A stretch of 64,000 bases of DNA from Terriglobia bacterium (GTDB taxonomy: Bacteria; Acidobacteriota; Terriglobia; JAIQFV01): contig JAQUPQ010000019.1 of the NCBI GenBank assembly GCA_028716525.1, positions 2,750 to 66,749 on the forward strand, in the 5' to 3' direction. The notes under the pieces were generated by a model that was given only the letters and a program-made list of their open reading frames with translations, was not told the DNA's origin and did not search any database. Both the position numbers and the translations under genes were made by a program. Each line of letters begins with the position of its first letter. Position 1 is the stretch's first letter. Below are positions 51,531 through 59,945 of this stretch, one piece after another.

Positions 51531-51767
51531 AGCCACCCCGATGCATCGGGGTGGCTGCCAAAGCGCGACCTATTTTCAGAGCAGTTCTTCATGCCCCGAT
51601 GGATCGGGGCACCCAAGGGCATGAAGATGAACTCAGGCACTTGAGGCGACCGTTTTCTGGTCCCTGCAAGGGACATCTTCAATAGCCCAGGGTTGTCCGC
51701 CGGCTTTTTGGCGGACTACCCTGGGTCTGCCGGACAAATAAGGTCGCCTAGCCCCGGCAGGGGCGAC
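51531..51767. repeat. cluster of at least five different REP-like GC hairpins
   Basis: The hairpins are AGCCACCCCGATGCATCGGGGTGGCT, CTTCATGCCCCGATGGATCGGGGCACCCAAGGGCATGAAG, GTCCCTGCAAGGGAC, CCCAGGGTTGTCCGCCggctttttGGCGGACTACCCTGGG and GTCGCCtagCCCCggcaGGGGCGAC. Confidence 0.75.
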
Positions 51768-51807
51768 AGAAACCTATTTTCGAGGCAGACGCCTCTCTCT
51801 CAGGATT

Positions 51808-53685
51808 TCATTTTGCAGGTGTGCTGGAAACCATAATGCGCATGCCGGTATCGGGCATGACGCCGTCATTAAGAACGATTCCGGCGACCTGAACCAAGGC
51901 CATCAGTTTTGACTTTTGGTCGCTGATTTGTTCGGACCGGGCAATGGCCGCATCGATGTTGATCTTGGCGAGGGCTGAAACCAATTGCTTGAAGAGTTCA
52001 TCCGCGGGCTGAAAAAGGGTCAGTTTCAAATTCGAGCCCGGTCCGGAGTTGTTCTTGGCTTGTTCTTCTACGACCTGATCAGCCGCATGGAACGCTTCCC
52101 CAAGCACGGTCTGGGCGCGAGCGGGATCCAATTGCGAGTATCCGTCTCCAACATATCCCAGGATTTGAGCGCGGTCGTATGGATCTTCGACCTTTTGAGC
52201 CGCGGTATAGGCATCCGACAAAAGTCCTTTGGCTTTTTCGGGATCCGTATTGGCCAGTGCCACACCAATTCGAGCGAGTGCCTTGGCTTGATCGGTGGGA
52301 TTGGTCAACTGCGTCACCATGTTCAAGGCGGCATTGGGGTCGGTGGTGGCTAATCGAGCGGCTTGGTTCAACTTCATCTGATTCTGGATTTGTGAAGTCA
52401 ATTGACTGGGATCGGGTTTGGGCTGAGACGCTCCCGAACTTCCTGAGGAACCTCCCGTGGAGATGAAAATGGTTCGTTCCTGATTGACTGTTCGCTGTCC
52501 CGTCGATGGATTCGACGCCGTTCCGCCGGGAGCGGATGATTCGCTGGAAGAAGTCTGAGAGGTGGGATCAGGTGTGTTCCCAAACGGGAACAGCCCGTTG
52601 GGATTCTTGGCAATGCTGTTTCTGAAGTCGGCATATTGCTCTTCGAGTTGTTTGGCGCGTTCCGGATCCAGGCGGCGCATCATGGCTATTGCCTGGACGG
52701 CGGCGTATTCGGCCATGCTGTTGACGCTGTAACTCTTCCCTTGGCTGTTCACCGAGGTCATCACAAAAGAGGTGTTGTCTTCCTTTTGTTTTTTCTGAAG
52801 CCTATCCACCTCCTTCAAGATGAGCTCGACGGCTTGTTGCGAGAGGCTGTGATTCAGATCGAACAAGCGGGAAGTGAGATTCACAAAACTCTGTACCTGG
52901 ATGAAATCATCGGTCGGTTTTTCAAATTGGTGAATGGCTTCAATAAAAAGTTGTTCGGCCTGTTGAGGGTGGGTCTTGCTCAGAGCAATGGCCACGGGCG
53001 CAATGAAACTCGGATCATAATTTCCCTGCGTAATTTGATCTTCCACAAGTTGGAAGGCCCGTTCGGGATCTTTGCCGGCCAATCGCGAAGCCAGCATCGA
53101 CAAGGCATTATTCCGGAATCGAAGTGGCGAAGGATTGGGATCATCGGGCGAGGGATAGACGATGTCCATTTTTTGAGCCAGCTGAAGCGCTTTCTCCACA
53201 TCGAGTCCGCTCATCGAGAGAACCAAGTTAAACTGAACGGCGTCTTTCCTCACTTGGCGATCGGAGGCATCGAGTTGCTGCGTGGCGGCAAAAGCCTGTT
53301 GATAGATTTGCACCGCTTTTTCTTTATCGATCTTTTGCATGGCCTCAGCGACATGCTGCAGCGTCTCAGCCTGAGTTGCCGGCGGGGTTCCCAACGCTTC
53401 CTGATAACATCGGTTCAACAACTCTTGGGCCTTCTTCTTGTTCTTCGCTTTGGCCGCTTCTTTGGTTTTCTTGGCGGCATCGACGGAGGAATCGGGTGAG
53501 TTCGAGGGATTAGGGTTCGTTGCGGCTGAAGCTGCCGCCGTAGCACTGCGGGTGTCCGCGGCTTTCGCCTCCGGTTTCACGTCTGAACTCTGCCCGAAAA
53601 ATAAAATGGTCCAGGATAGAAACAAACCCAGACCGACGAGGAAGCAGGGCTTAAGCCTCACGTTCAACACTTCATTGGAGATCAT
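51808..53685 (-). CDS. membrane-anchored all-alpha repeat protein, hypothetical
   Basis: 625-aa ORF with AAGGAG 8 nt upstream and one N-terminal TM (CFLVGLGLFLSWTILFF). It has recurring helical-hairpin motifs with a DPxxA signature (DPERAFQL, DPERAKQL, DPNAALNM, DPEKAKGL, DPARAQTV) and a Ser/Gly/Thr-rich linker. I recognise no family. Confidence 0.65.
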   Translation of the reverse strand: MISNEVLNVRLKPCFLVGLGLFLSWTILFFGQSSDVKPEAKAADTRSATAAASAATNPNPSNSPDSSVDAAKKTKEAAKAKNKKKAQELLNRCYQEALGTPPATQAETLQHVAEAMQKIDKEKAVQIYQQAFAATQQLDASDRQVRKDAVQFNLVLSMSGLDVEKALQLAQKMDIVYPSPDDPNPSPLRFRNNALSMLASRLAGKDPERAFQLVEDQITQGNYDPSFIAPVAIALSKTHPQQAEQLFIEAIHQFEKPTDDFIQVQSFVNLTSRLFDLNHSLSQQAVELILKEVDRLQKKQKEDNTSFVMTSVNSQGKSYSVNSMAEYAAVQAIAMMRRLDPERAKQLEEQYADFRNSIAKNPNGLFPFGNTPDPTSQTSSSESSAPGGTASNPSTGQRTVNQERTIFISTGGSSGSSGASQPKPDPSQLTSQIQNQMKLNQAARLATTDPNAALNMVTQLTNPTDQAKALARIGVALANTDPEKAKGLLSDAYTAAQKVEDPYDRAQILGYVGDGYSQLDPARAQTVLGEAFHAADQVVEEQAKNNSGPGSNLKLTLFQPADELFKQLVSALAKINIDAAIARSEQISDQKSKLMALVQVAGIVLNDGVMPDTGMRIMVSSTPAK

Positions 53686-53819
53686 AATTGGGGCTCCTTA
53701 AGGAAGGATCGATTGTTTAGACAGCGGGAATCCGTAGAAAGTTTGGAATATTTGATCTGCTATGCAGATGTTGCCGGTTTGAGGCTGAAAATCGTCCGAA
53801 GAATTGAATATCGCCCTTT

Positions 53820-54485
53820 CTACTCCTTCACGATCCAACCATCAAATAATTTAATAATGCGGTGTCCGAAAGCGGCATTGGTTTCGGAGTGGGTCACTTG
53901 GATGATGGTGGTGCCTTCCTCGTTCAAGCGCTTGAACAGCTCCATGATTTCTTTGGCTTGGCTGGAGTGGAGGTTTCCGGTGGGTTCGTCCGCAAGAATG
54001 ACCTTGGGATTTCCGATGATGGCACGGGCCACAGCCACCAGTTGCTGTTGTCCGCCGGAAAGCTGTGTCGGGAAGAGATCCTTCTTCCCGACAATTTGAA
54101 AGCGGTCCAAAACGTCGGCCACCATGGACTGACGGTCCGCTTTCTTGACGTCGCGGTAGGAGAGCGGAATTTCCAAATTCTCATAAACGGTCAGGTTGTC
54201 CAGCAGATGATACTGTTGAAACACGAAGCCGATATACTTCTTGTTCAATTCGGCCCGGCGTTTGGCGTTGGCCTTGTGAACCGGTTCGTCATAGAGGAAA
54301 TACTCGCCTCCCCAAGCGCTGTCCAGCAACCCCAGAATGCTTAATAAAGTTGATTTCCCGGCGCCCGAAGGTCCCATGATGGTGATGAATTCGCCTTCTT
54401 TGACATCGGCATCGATCCGTCTCAACACGTAGTTTCGGCTGACACCCACCTGGTAGAATTTTTCAACATTTCGAAGCTGTATCAT
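53820..54485 (-). CDS. ABC transporter ATP-binding protein, MacB/LolD/FtsE-type
   Basis: 221-aa ORF with Walker A GPSGAGKST, Q-loop FVFQQYHLL, signature LSGGQQQLVAVARA and Walker B ILADEPTGNL. No FtsX-type permease gene is adjacent. Confidence 0.9.
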   Translation of the reverse strand: MIQLRNVEKFYQVGVSRNYVLRRIDADVKEGEFITIMGPSGAGKSTLLSILGLLDSAWGGEYFLYDEPVHKANAKRRAELNKKYIGFVFQQYHLLDNLTVYENLEIPLSYRDVKKADRQSMVADVLDRFQIVGKKDLFPTQLSGGQQQLVAVARAIIGNPKVILADEPTGNLHSSQAKEIMELFKRLNEEGTTIIQVTHSETNAAFGHRIIKLFDGWIVKE

Positions 54486-54743
54486 CAGGATCTCCCGGAT
54501 TTTTGAAAAACGGATTGTAAACTCCGCCTGCCCGACCGTCCAGTCGTCATTTCATGTCTTGGCCGTCCTTTTCCAGACAAATCACAGGAATCTAAGGCAC
54601 GTCCCCGGCCAATCTAGATGGAGCAGACAACCTACGAAACATAAATGGGTTTCTGGTTGGCCCAGTTCTCATGGAAGCATGGTGGTGACCGCTTGTGGAA
54701 CGCGATTTTCTCAAAAATGAGAATCAGCGATTAAAAACGATTT

Positions 54744-55763
54744 TCAAATCTGACGCGGCTTGCGTCCTGTCGCCACCCAGCCGAAATGAGGGCGGATAGA
54801 AACATCCTCAAGTTTGGCGCGCTCCATCCAGCCTTCCACTTCCTTTTTTGTATAACGATTCTCAATAGGTGCGGAAAAGCGATCGAATTGATCATTCACG
54901 CAAACCCGGAAAGGGTAATCGGCATACTGCTTCATGGGAAGCCGTTCGGCAAAGCGGTTGAATGCGGAGATCTTCTTGAGGAGTTGGTAGGGCCAAACAA
55001 AAAAGACGATTGCAGCGGCGGCGGCTGGATAAGACAACAGATAGAGAATTCGGTGGGAGATCCGTGTTGTCACGCGCCGCATCAGGCGGACCAGACCCAG
55101 CAGAAGAGATTTGACCGGTTGGCCCTCCGGTTTCCAGTAAAGGTAGATCTGGATTTCGCCTCCCGGTTTTAGAAATCGAATCAGATTCTGAAAAGCCGAT
55201 TCCGGATCGGGCAAGTGATGTAACACGCCGATGGAATAGACAAAATCAAAACTCTCAGGTTCGAAAGGAGGGTGGTGCAAATCGGCCTGAACGATGTGAA
55301 CGCATGCCAGTTGGCGGGTGTTCTTGCGAGCGACTTCGACCGCCGGGCCCAAATCCATGGCCCAGTGCTCTGCGCCGTAAGAGCCGGAATAAAAGGCATG
55401 GCGGCCATTGCCGCACCCCGCTTCGAGGATTCGTTTTCCGGGAAAGAATTCCGGTCCGTGCGGGGCCAAATAACCCAGGAAATTCTGTTCCCATTCCGGC
55501 CGCATTTCGGAAAACGTTTGCCATTCGAATCCGAAACTGCGAGCTGTCCGGACCTGACGATCGCCGGGTGTTTTTTCGTCGTGGGCTCCAATCAAGGCTT
55601 CTCGAAACGGGGAAAGCAGCATTCGAGGTATTTCATTGATGACCGGGAACTGTTCGTGGCAGCGCGTGCAGACCAGAATACTCGTGACGGAGGGATCGTT
55701 CGATTTTTGCTCTTCCAGCACATGGAGACATTGAGGGCAACGGAGTTCTTCAAATGAGTTCAT
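54744..55763 (-). CDS. class I SAM-dependent methyltransferase with N-terminal Trm112-like zinc ribbon
   Basis: 339-aa ORF with CPQC...CTRC at the N-terminus and SAM motif I RILEAGCGNGRHAF. The central part is a Methyltransf_11/25-like core, and there is one hydrophobic helix (LLSYPAAAAAIVFFVW). Confidence 0.82.
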   Translation of the reverse strand: MNSFEELRCPQCLHVLEEQKSNDPSVTSILVCTRCHEQFPVINEIPRMLLSPFREALIGAHDEKTPGDRQVRTARSFGFEWQTFSEMRPEWEQNFLGYLAPHGPEFFPGKRILEAGCGNGRHAFYSGSYGAEHWAMDLGPAVEVARKNTRQLACVHIVQADLHHPPFEPESFDFVYSIGVLHHLPDPESAFQNLIRFLKPGGEIQIYLYWKPEGQPVKSLLLGLVRLMRRVTTRISHRILYLLSYPAAAAAIVFFVWPYQLLKKISAFNRFAERLPMKQYADYPFRVCVNDQFDRFSAPIENRYTKKEVEGWMERAKLEDVSIRPHFGWVATGRKPRQI

Positions 55764-55842
55764 TGAACTGAATGATTGGTGCGTGGGATAAGAGCCGCTT
55801 TAGATTAGCACTGGTTGAGCTAAATTCCTACCGCGCATCTTC

Positions 55843-55878
55843 CAAACAAAAGGGGGATGCGCCGCAGCGCATCCCCCC
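55843..55878 (-). terminator. rho-independent terminator after the BNR/VPS10 gene
   Basis: The minus strand reads GGGGGGATGCGC-tgcg-GCGCATCCCCC followed by TTTTGTTTGG, about 30 nt after the stop at 55908. Confidence 0.75.
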
Positions 55879-55907
55879 ATTTCAACAGTTGAAGACGAAA
55901 GCCGGTT

Positions 55908-58900
55908 TTACTTCTCCTTCCACTCCGGAATTCTTCCGGGTGTCCAGGGCGCTCCGGCGGCTTCCATGGCCGTTTCCAGTTTCGACACATCCACCTCGAT
56001 CAAGGTTCGCAGCTTGGCCAATTCGGCGGAGAATTCATCCGAGGTAAATCGATAGACATCCAATTGTGTTTGAGTGGGTTTTGATGTGGACATGCGTTCC
56101 TCGCCCACGATGTTGCTGACGCGTTGTGAAATCGAGGAAGGAACGTTGTAATCACGCCCCGCGAGAATGCTGTCGCCGCTCAAGGCGCGTTGAATGGTTT
56201 CCAAGCGCTGTTCGATGTTGAAGGCGTCGTTCTGGAGCGATTGGGTATTGGCGGGCGTCGCCTGCAAGGCCCGTTTGATCGCCGCCATGCGGGTTTTCAA
56301 ATCGTTGGCGGTTTGAACTGCTCCGCTCACGGCCCGCTGTAACGAGGCCACCTTCTTTTGGAAATCATACAAGGCAGACCGATCGGCACTGGACATGTTC
56401 GCCGTTCCGGGAACGACCACGCTGAAGGTGACCGGACCCGCGAGTTGCGTGGTCACTCCATCAACGCTTTGGGAAAGAGAAACCTTGTATGTTCCCGGCA
56501 TCGTCAGTGGTCCTGCCGGCCCTCCTCCAAAGAGTTGTTCTTCCTCCGAGGGAGGTTGAGTGCGCGGAGGCGTAGGAGCAGGGTAGCGTAAATCCCAGGC
56601 GACACGTTGGAGACCTGCGGTGATAGGTCCGGTCATAGTGCGAACTACTTGACCCGCGTCATCGGTCACCGTCAGCTTGATGGTGGGAGGTTCCTCGAGT
56701 TCCTCAGCCCGTATTTCGTCCGGGGTGGGATAGGGGAAGGGTTGATTCTTCTTCTCCGCGGCTTTTTCGGTGTCCTGTCGCTTCTGCTTTTTTGTTTTCA
56801 GGGCGTCTTTCAGATAATACGTGAACACCGCGCCGTAGGGCGGATTGTCGGCGGTGAAAAAAGATTCACCCTGGAACGACTTTCCACGCGAGCCCAGCGG
56901 CTGCGAGGGAATGTACATCCAAGCTTCTTTCACAGGAAACAGGTGAGCGGGTTGCTTGAATAAGTCCGGCGTGACGGTCCGCAGAGGCGTGTAGTTGTCC
57001 AGAACATAGAATCCGCGTCCAAAGGTCGCCGCCACCAAATCATTCTCACGCTTCTGGATGATTAAATCGCGCACCGCGATTGTCGGGAATCCGCCCTTAA
57101 GCTGAATCCACTTATCTCCGCCGTTGGGGGTAAAGAAGAGCCCGAACTCCGTGCCCACAAACAGAAGTTTCGGATCGACCGGATCCTCCGCGATCGCCAG
57201 AACCGGGCCATTGGCCGGAAGATTTCCCTTGATGGAGGTCCAGTTCTTACCGGCATCAGTGCTCTTCAAAAGATAAGGTGAGAAGTCGGAATTCTTGTGA
57301 TTGTCGAAAGCGGCATACACGGTGTCGACGTCCGCCTGCGAAGCCAGGATGCGGCTGACGTAAGTCATATCGGGAACACCCGGAAATTTTTCAATCTTGC
57401 GCCAGTAGGCGCCGCCGTCCTCCGTCACCTGGATCAATCCATCATCCGTTCCGACATATATCAAGCCTTCTTTCCTGGGCGATTCGTTCAGCGCCACGAT
57501 GTTTCCGTAAAAAGACGTGGATTGGTGTTTGGCCACAGCATCGGGTCCCCAGATTTTTCCCATGACCGCCAATTTATCGCGATCCAGCTGGCGCGTGAGA
57601 TCGCCGCTAATGGCCTTCCAGGTGTCGCCGCGGTCGTCGCTGCGGAAGAGAATGTTCGCGCCGAAAAACAAACGAGTATGTAAATGCGGGCTGACGATCA
57701 GCGGCGAATCCCAATTCCAGCGAAGAGGCGGCTCGTTCTTTCCGGGTTGAGGTTGAATACCCATGCGCTCGCCGGTGCGTCTGTCAAATCGAACCAAATC
57801 GCCATACTGCGCTTCGGCGTAAATGGTGTTGGGATCTTCGGGATCGACGCGCGAAACAAAACCGTCGCCGCCCTGAGTGACGAACCAGTCCGCATTGGTA
57901 ATGCCGGAAGCGCTGAAGGTGCGCGACGGGCCGCCCAACGAGTAATTGTCCTGGGTGCCGCCATAGACGTTGTAAAACGGTGTGGCGTTGTCCACGGCGA
58001 CGTCGTAGAACTGAGTGACGGGAAGGTTGCTTTTGAACGCCCAGGTGGCGCCGCGATCGAAGCTTTCGTACACACCGCCGTCACATCCCACCAGGTAGTA
58101 ATTGGTATTGTGCGGATCGATCCACATCACATGGCTATCCACGTGCTTAGAACGTTCCCCCAGCCGTCGGACGGTCTTACCGCCATCGTCCGAAACCATG
58201 ATGAACACATTCATGATGTAAATGCGATCGGTGATTTTCGGATCCACGTAAATCTGGCTGTAATACATGGCGCCGCTGTCAAAATCGTTGCGTTTTTCCC
58301 AGGAGGCGCCTTGATTGTCAGACCGGAAAATGCCCCCCTTCTTGTTGGTGCTTTCGATGATGGCATAGACCACGTTGTGATCGCGTGGAGCAATCGCCAA
58401 ACCGATGCGGCCCATATCCGTCGAGGGAAGGCCGGACGTCAACTTGTTCCAGGTGGCCCCGGCGTCGGTGGATTTATAAAGGGCGCTTTCCGGACCGCCA
58501 TCGATCAGAGTGAAAACATGCCGACGACGCTGATAGGCGGCGGCATAAAGAACATCGGGATTCTCTTTGTCGATCACCACATCGGAAATGCCGGTGTTTT
58601 CGCTGATCGACAGCACGCTCTTCCAGGTTTTGCCGCCATCGACGGTTTTGAAGAGGCCGCGATCTCCTCCCGGACCCCATAACGGGCCCTCGGCAGCGAC
58701 GTACACCGTATCGCTATTGCGTGGATCGATGGCAATGCGGGCGATATGCTCGGACTTCTTCAGACCCACGTTCTTCCAGCTCTTTCCGCCATCCTCGGAG
58801 CGGTAAACGCCATCGCCATACCCGACACTGCGTTGACTGTTGCTTTCTCCTGTGCCCACCCACACAACATTGGGATTTTTCGGATCCACCGCCACGGTGC

Positions 58901-59255
58901 CGATGGAATACGATCCTTGCGAATCAAAAACGGGCGTCCAAGTCGTTCCGGCATTGATCGTTTTCCAAACTCCTCCCGAAGCAGAAGCTACAAAGTAATG
59001 GCTGCGGTCCTTGGGATCAACCGCAAAACCCACCACCCGCCCCGAAGTGACGGCCGGACCGATAGAACGCAATTTCAGCCCGTTGAATGTGGGCGACGAC
59101 ATGGGATCTCGCGTCCGTCCCTCCTCCGACGCGGTGACTTCTGATCCGGAGGCATTCGCGGAGGCCGTTCGTTCCTGTGCCCATGCCAGGGAAGTCATAC
59201 TGATGACCCAAATTGAAAAGAAGACAAAAGTTCGGCGCAGAGCGTTCACGTTCAC
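55908..59255 (-). CDS. secreted BNR/Asp-box repeat beta-propeller protein (sortilin/VPS10-type, glycosyl-hydrolase-like)
   Basis: 1115-aa ORF with signal peptide FVFFSIWVISMTSLAWAQ. It has about 10 SxDxGxTW Asp-box motifs, including SEDGGKSW, TVDGGKTW, STDAGATW, SDNQGASW, SFDRGATW, SDDRGDTW, TEDGGAYW and STDAGKNW. The start is GTG 59255 or GTG 59249. Confidence 0.88.
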   Translation of the reverse strand: MNVNALRRTFVFFSIWVISMTSLAWAQERTASANASGSEVTASEEGRTRDPMSSPTFNGLKLRSIGPAVTSGRVVGFAVDPKDRSHYFVASASGGVWKTINAGTTWTPVFDSQGSYSIGTVAVDPKNPNVVWVGTGESNSQRSVGYGDGVYRSEDGGKSWKNVGLKKSEHIARIAIDPRNSDTVYVAAEGPLWGPGGDRGLFKTVDGGKTWKSVLSISENTGISDVVIDKENPDVLYAAAYQRRRHVFTLIDGGPESALYKSTDAGATWNKLTSGLPSTDMGRIGLAIAPRDHNVVYAIIESTNKKGGIFRSDNQGASWEKRNDFDSGAMYYSQIYVDPKITDRIYIMNVFIMVSDDGGKTVRRLGERSKHVDSHVMWIDPHNTNYYLVGCDGGVYESFDRGATWAFKSNLPVTQFYDVAVDNATPFYNVYGGTQDNYSLGGPSRTFSASGITNADWFVTQGGDGFVSRVDPEDPNTIYAEAQYGDLVRFDRRTGERMGIQPQPGKNEPPLRWNWDSPLIVSPHLHTRLFFGANILFRSDDRGDTWKAISGDLTRQLDRDKLAVMGKIWGPDAVAKHQSTSFYGNIVALNESPRKEGLIYVGTDDGLIQVTEDGGAYWRKIEKFPGVPDMTYVSRILASQADVDTVYAAFDNHKNSDFSPYLLKSTDAGKNWTSIKGNLPANGPVLAIAEDPVDPKLLFVGTEFGLFFTPNGGDKWIQLKGGFPTIAVRDLIIQKRENDLVAATFGRGFYVLDNYTPLRTVTPDLFKQPAHLFPVKEAWMYIPSQPLGSRGKSFQGESFFTADNPPYGAVFTYYLKDALKTKKQKRQDTEKAAEKKNQPFPYPTPDEIRAEELEEPPTIKLTVTDDAGQVVRTMTGPITAGLQRVAWDLRYPAPTPPRTQPPSEEEQLFGGGPAGPLTMPGTYKVSLSQSVDGVTTQLAGPVTFSVVVPGTANMSSADRSALYDFQKKVASLQRAVSGAVQTANDLKTRMAAIKRALQATPANTQSLQNDAFNIEQRLETIQRALSGDSILAGRDYNVPSSISQRVSNIVGEERMSTSKPTQTQLDVYRFTSDEFSAELAKLRTLIEVDVSKLETAMEAAGAPWTPGRIPEWKEK

Positions 59256-59945
59256 TTCCTCCTTGGATTGAAAATTTCGATGTTCCGTTTGGTTTGTTAA
59301 ATGGCGAAGTTATTTAATTGTGCGCAGAGGAACCCGCAGACCTGGGTATTCTGCTCAAGTCGGGTTCAGGCCTTCATGGGGATCTAACGTTCGACACGAC
59401 GTCCGGACTTTGAAACGAAGATTGTGGAAATGCGAGTCTCGAAACCCTGCAATGTGACGTGCCGCCGGAAGTTCTGTCGCGGGTTCGTGCCGGAAGGACC
59501 GGCACCCGAACAGCAACCGGATGATTGTATCAGGAGATTTGATTTAAAAATGAAAAATGTTTGCGGTGCTCTCCCGGTTCTCTCATGCCCATGGTGGGAT
59601 GAAACATCGTCCCTTGTGAGGCCGCTGAGCCCGGGAAAATTTTCGGAGAAATTTTTCGAGGGTGGCATTTGTGTGGTGTGTTATGATGCCTTTCCGCAGC
59701 CCACGGTCGGTGAAGCGCCGCCGGCATAGAAGGTCTTTATCTCCCGCTGTCTTGACCTCTAGCGCTAAGAATATGTTCAATGTCGCATAACTCGTCTTGA
59801 ATGAAGGGGTTCATGTGAGCCGCAGAGAAGGCAGGTCAAGTGCCTGGACTCGAGGTTTGGATCATGCCAATGGTCATGTTCACGGGAATCTCGATCAAAA
59901 TCTTGGAACTGGAATCCTAGACTGCCTGAATTGAGGTGGGGTTCA

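Noticed and set aside
52636-53499. 287-aa plus-strand ORF
   Set aside because: It is antisense to the 625-aa helical-repeat protein, which has an RBS, a TM anchor and coherent repeats. The plus-strand ORF has none of these.
57684-58682. 332-aa plus-strand ORF
   Set aside because: It is antisense to the BNR/VPS10 gene, which has about 10 Asp-box motifs in the minus frame.
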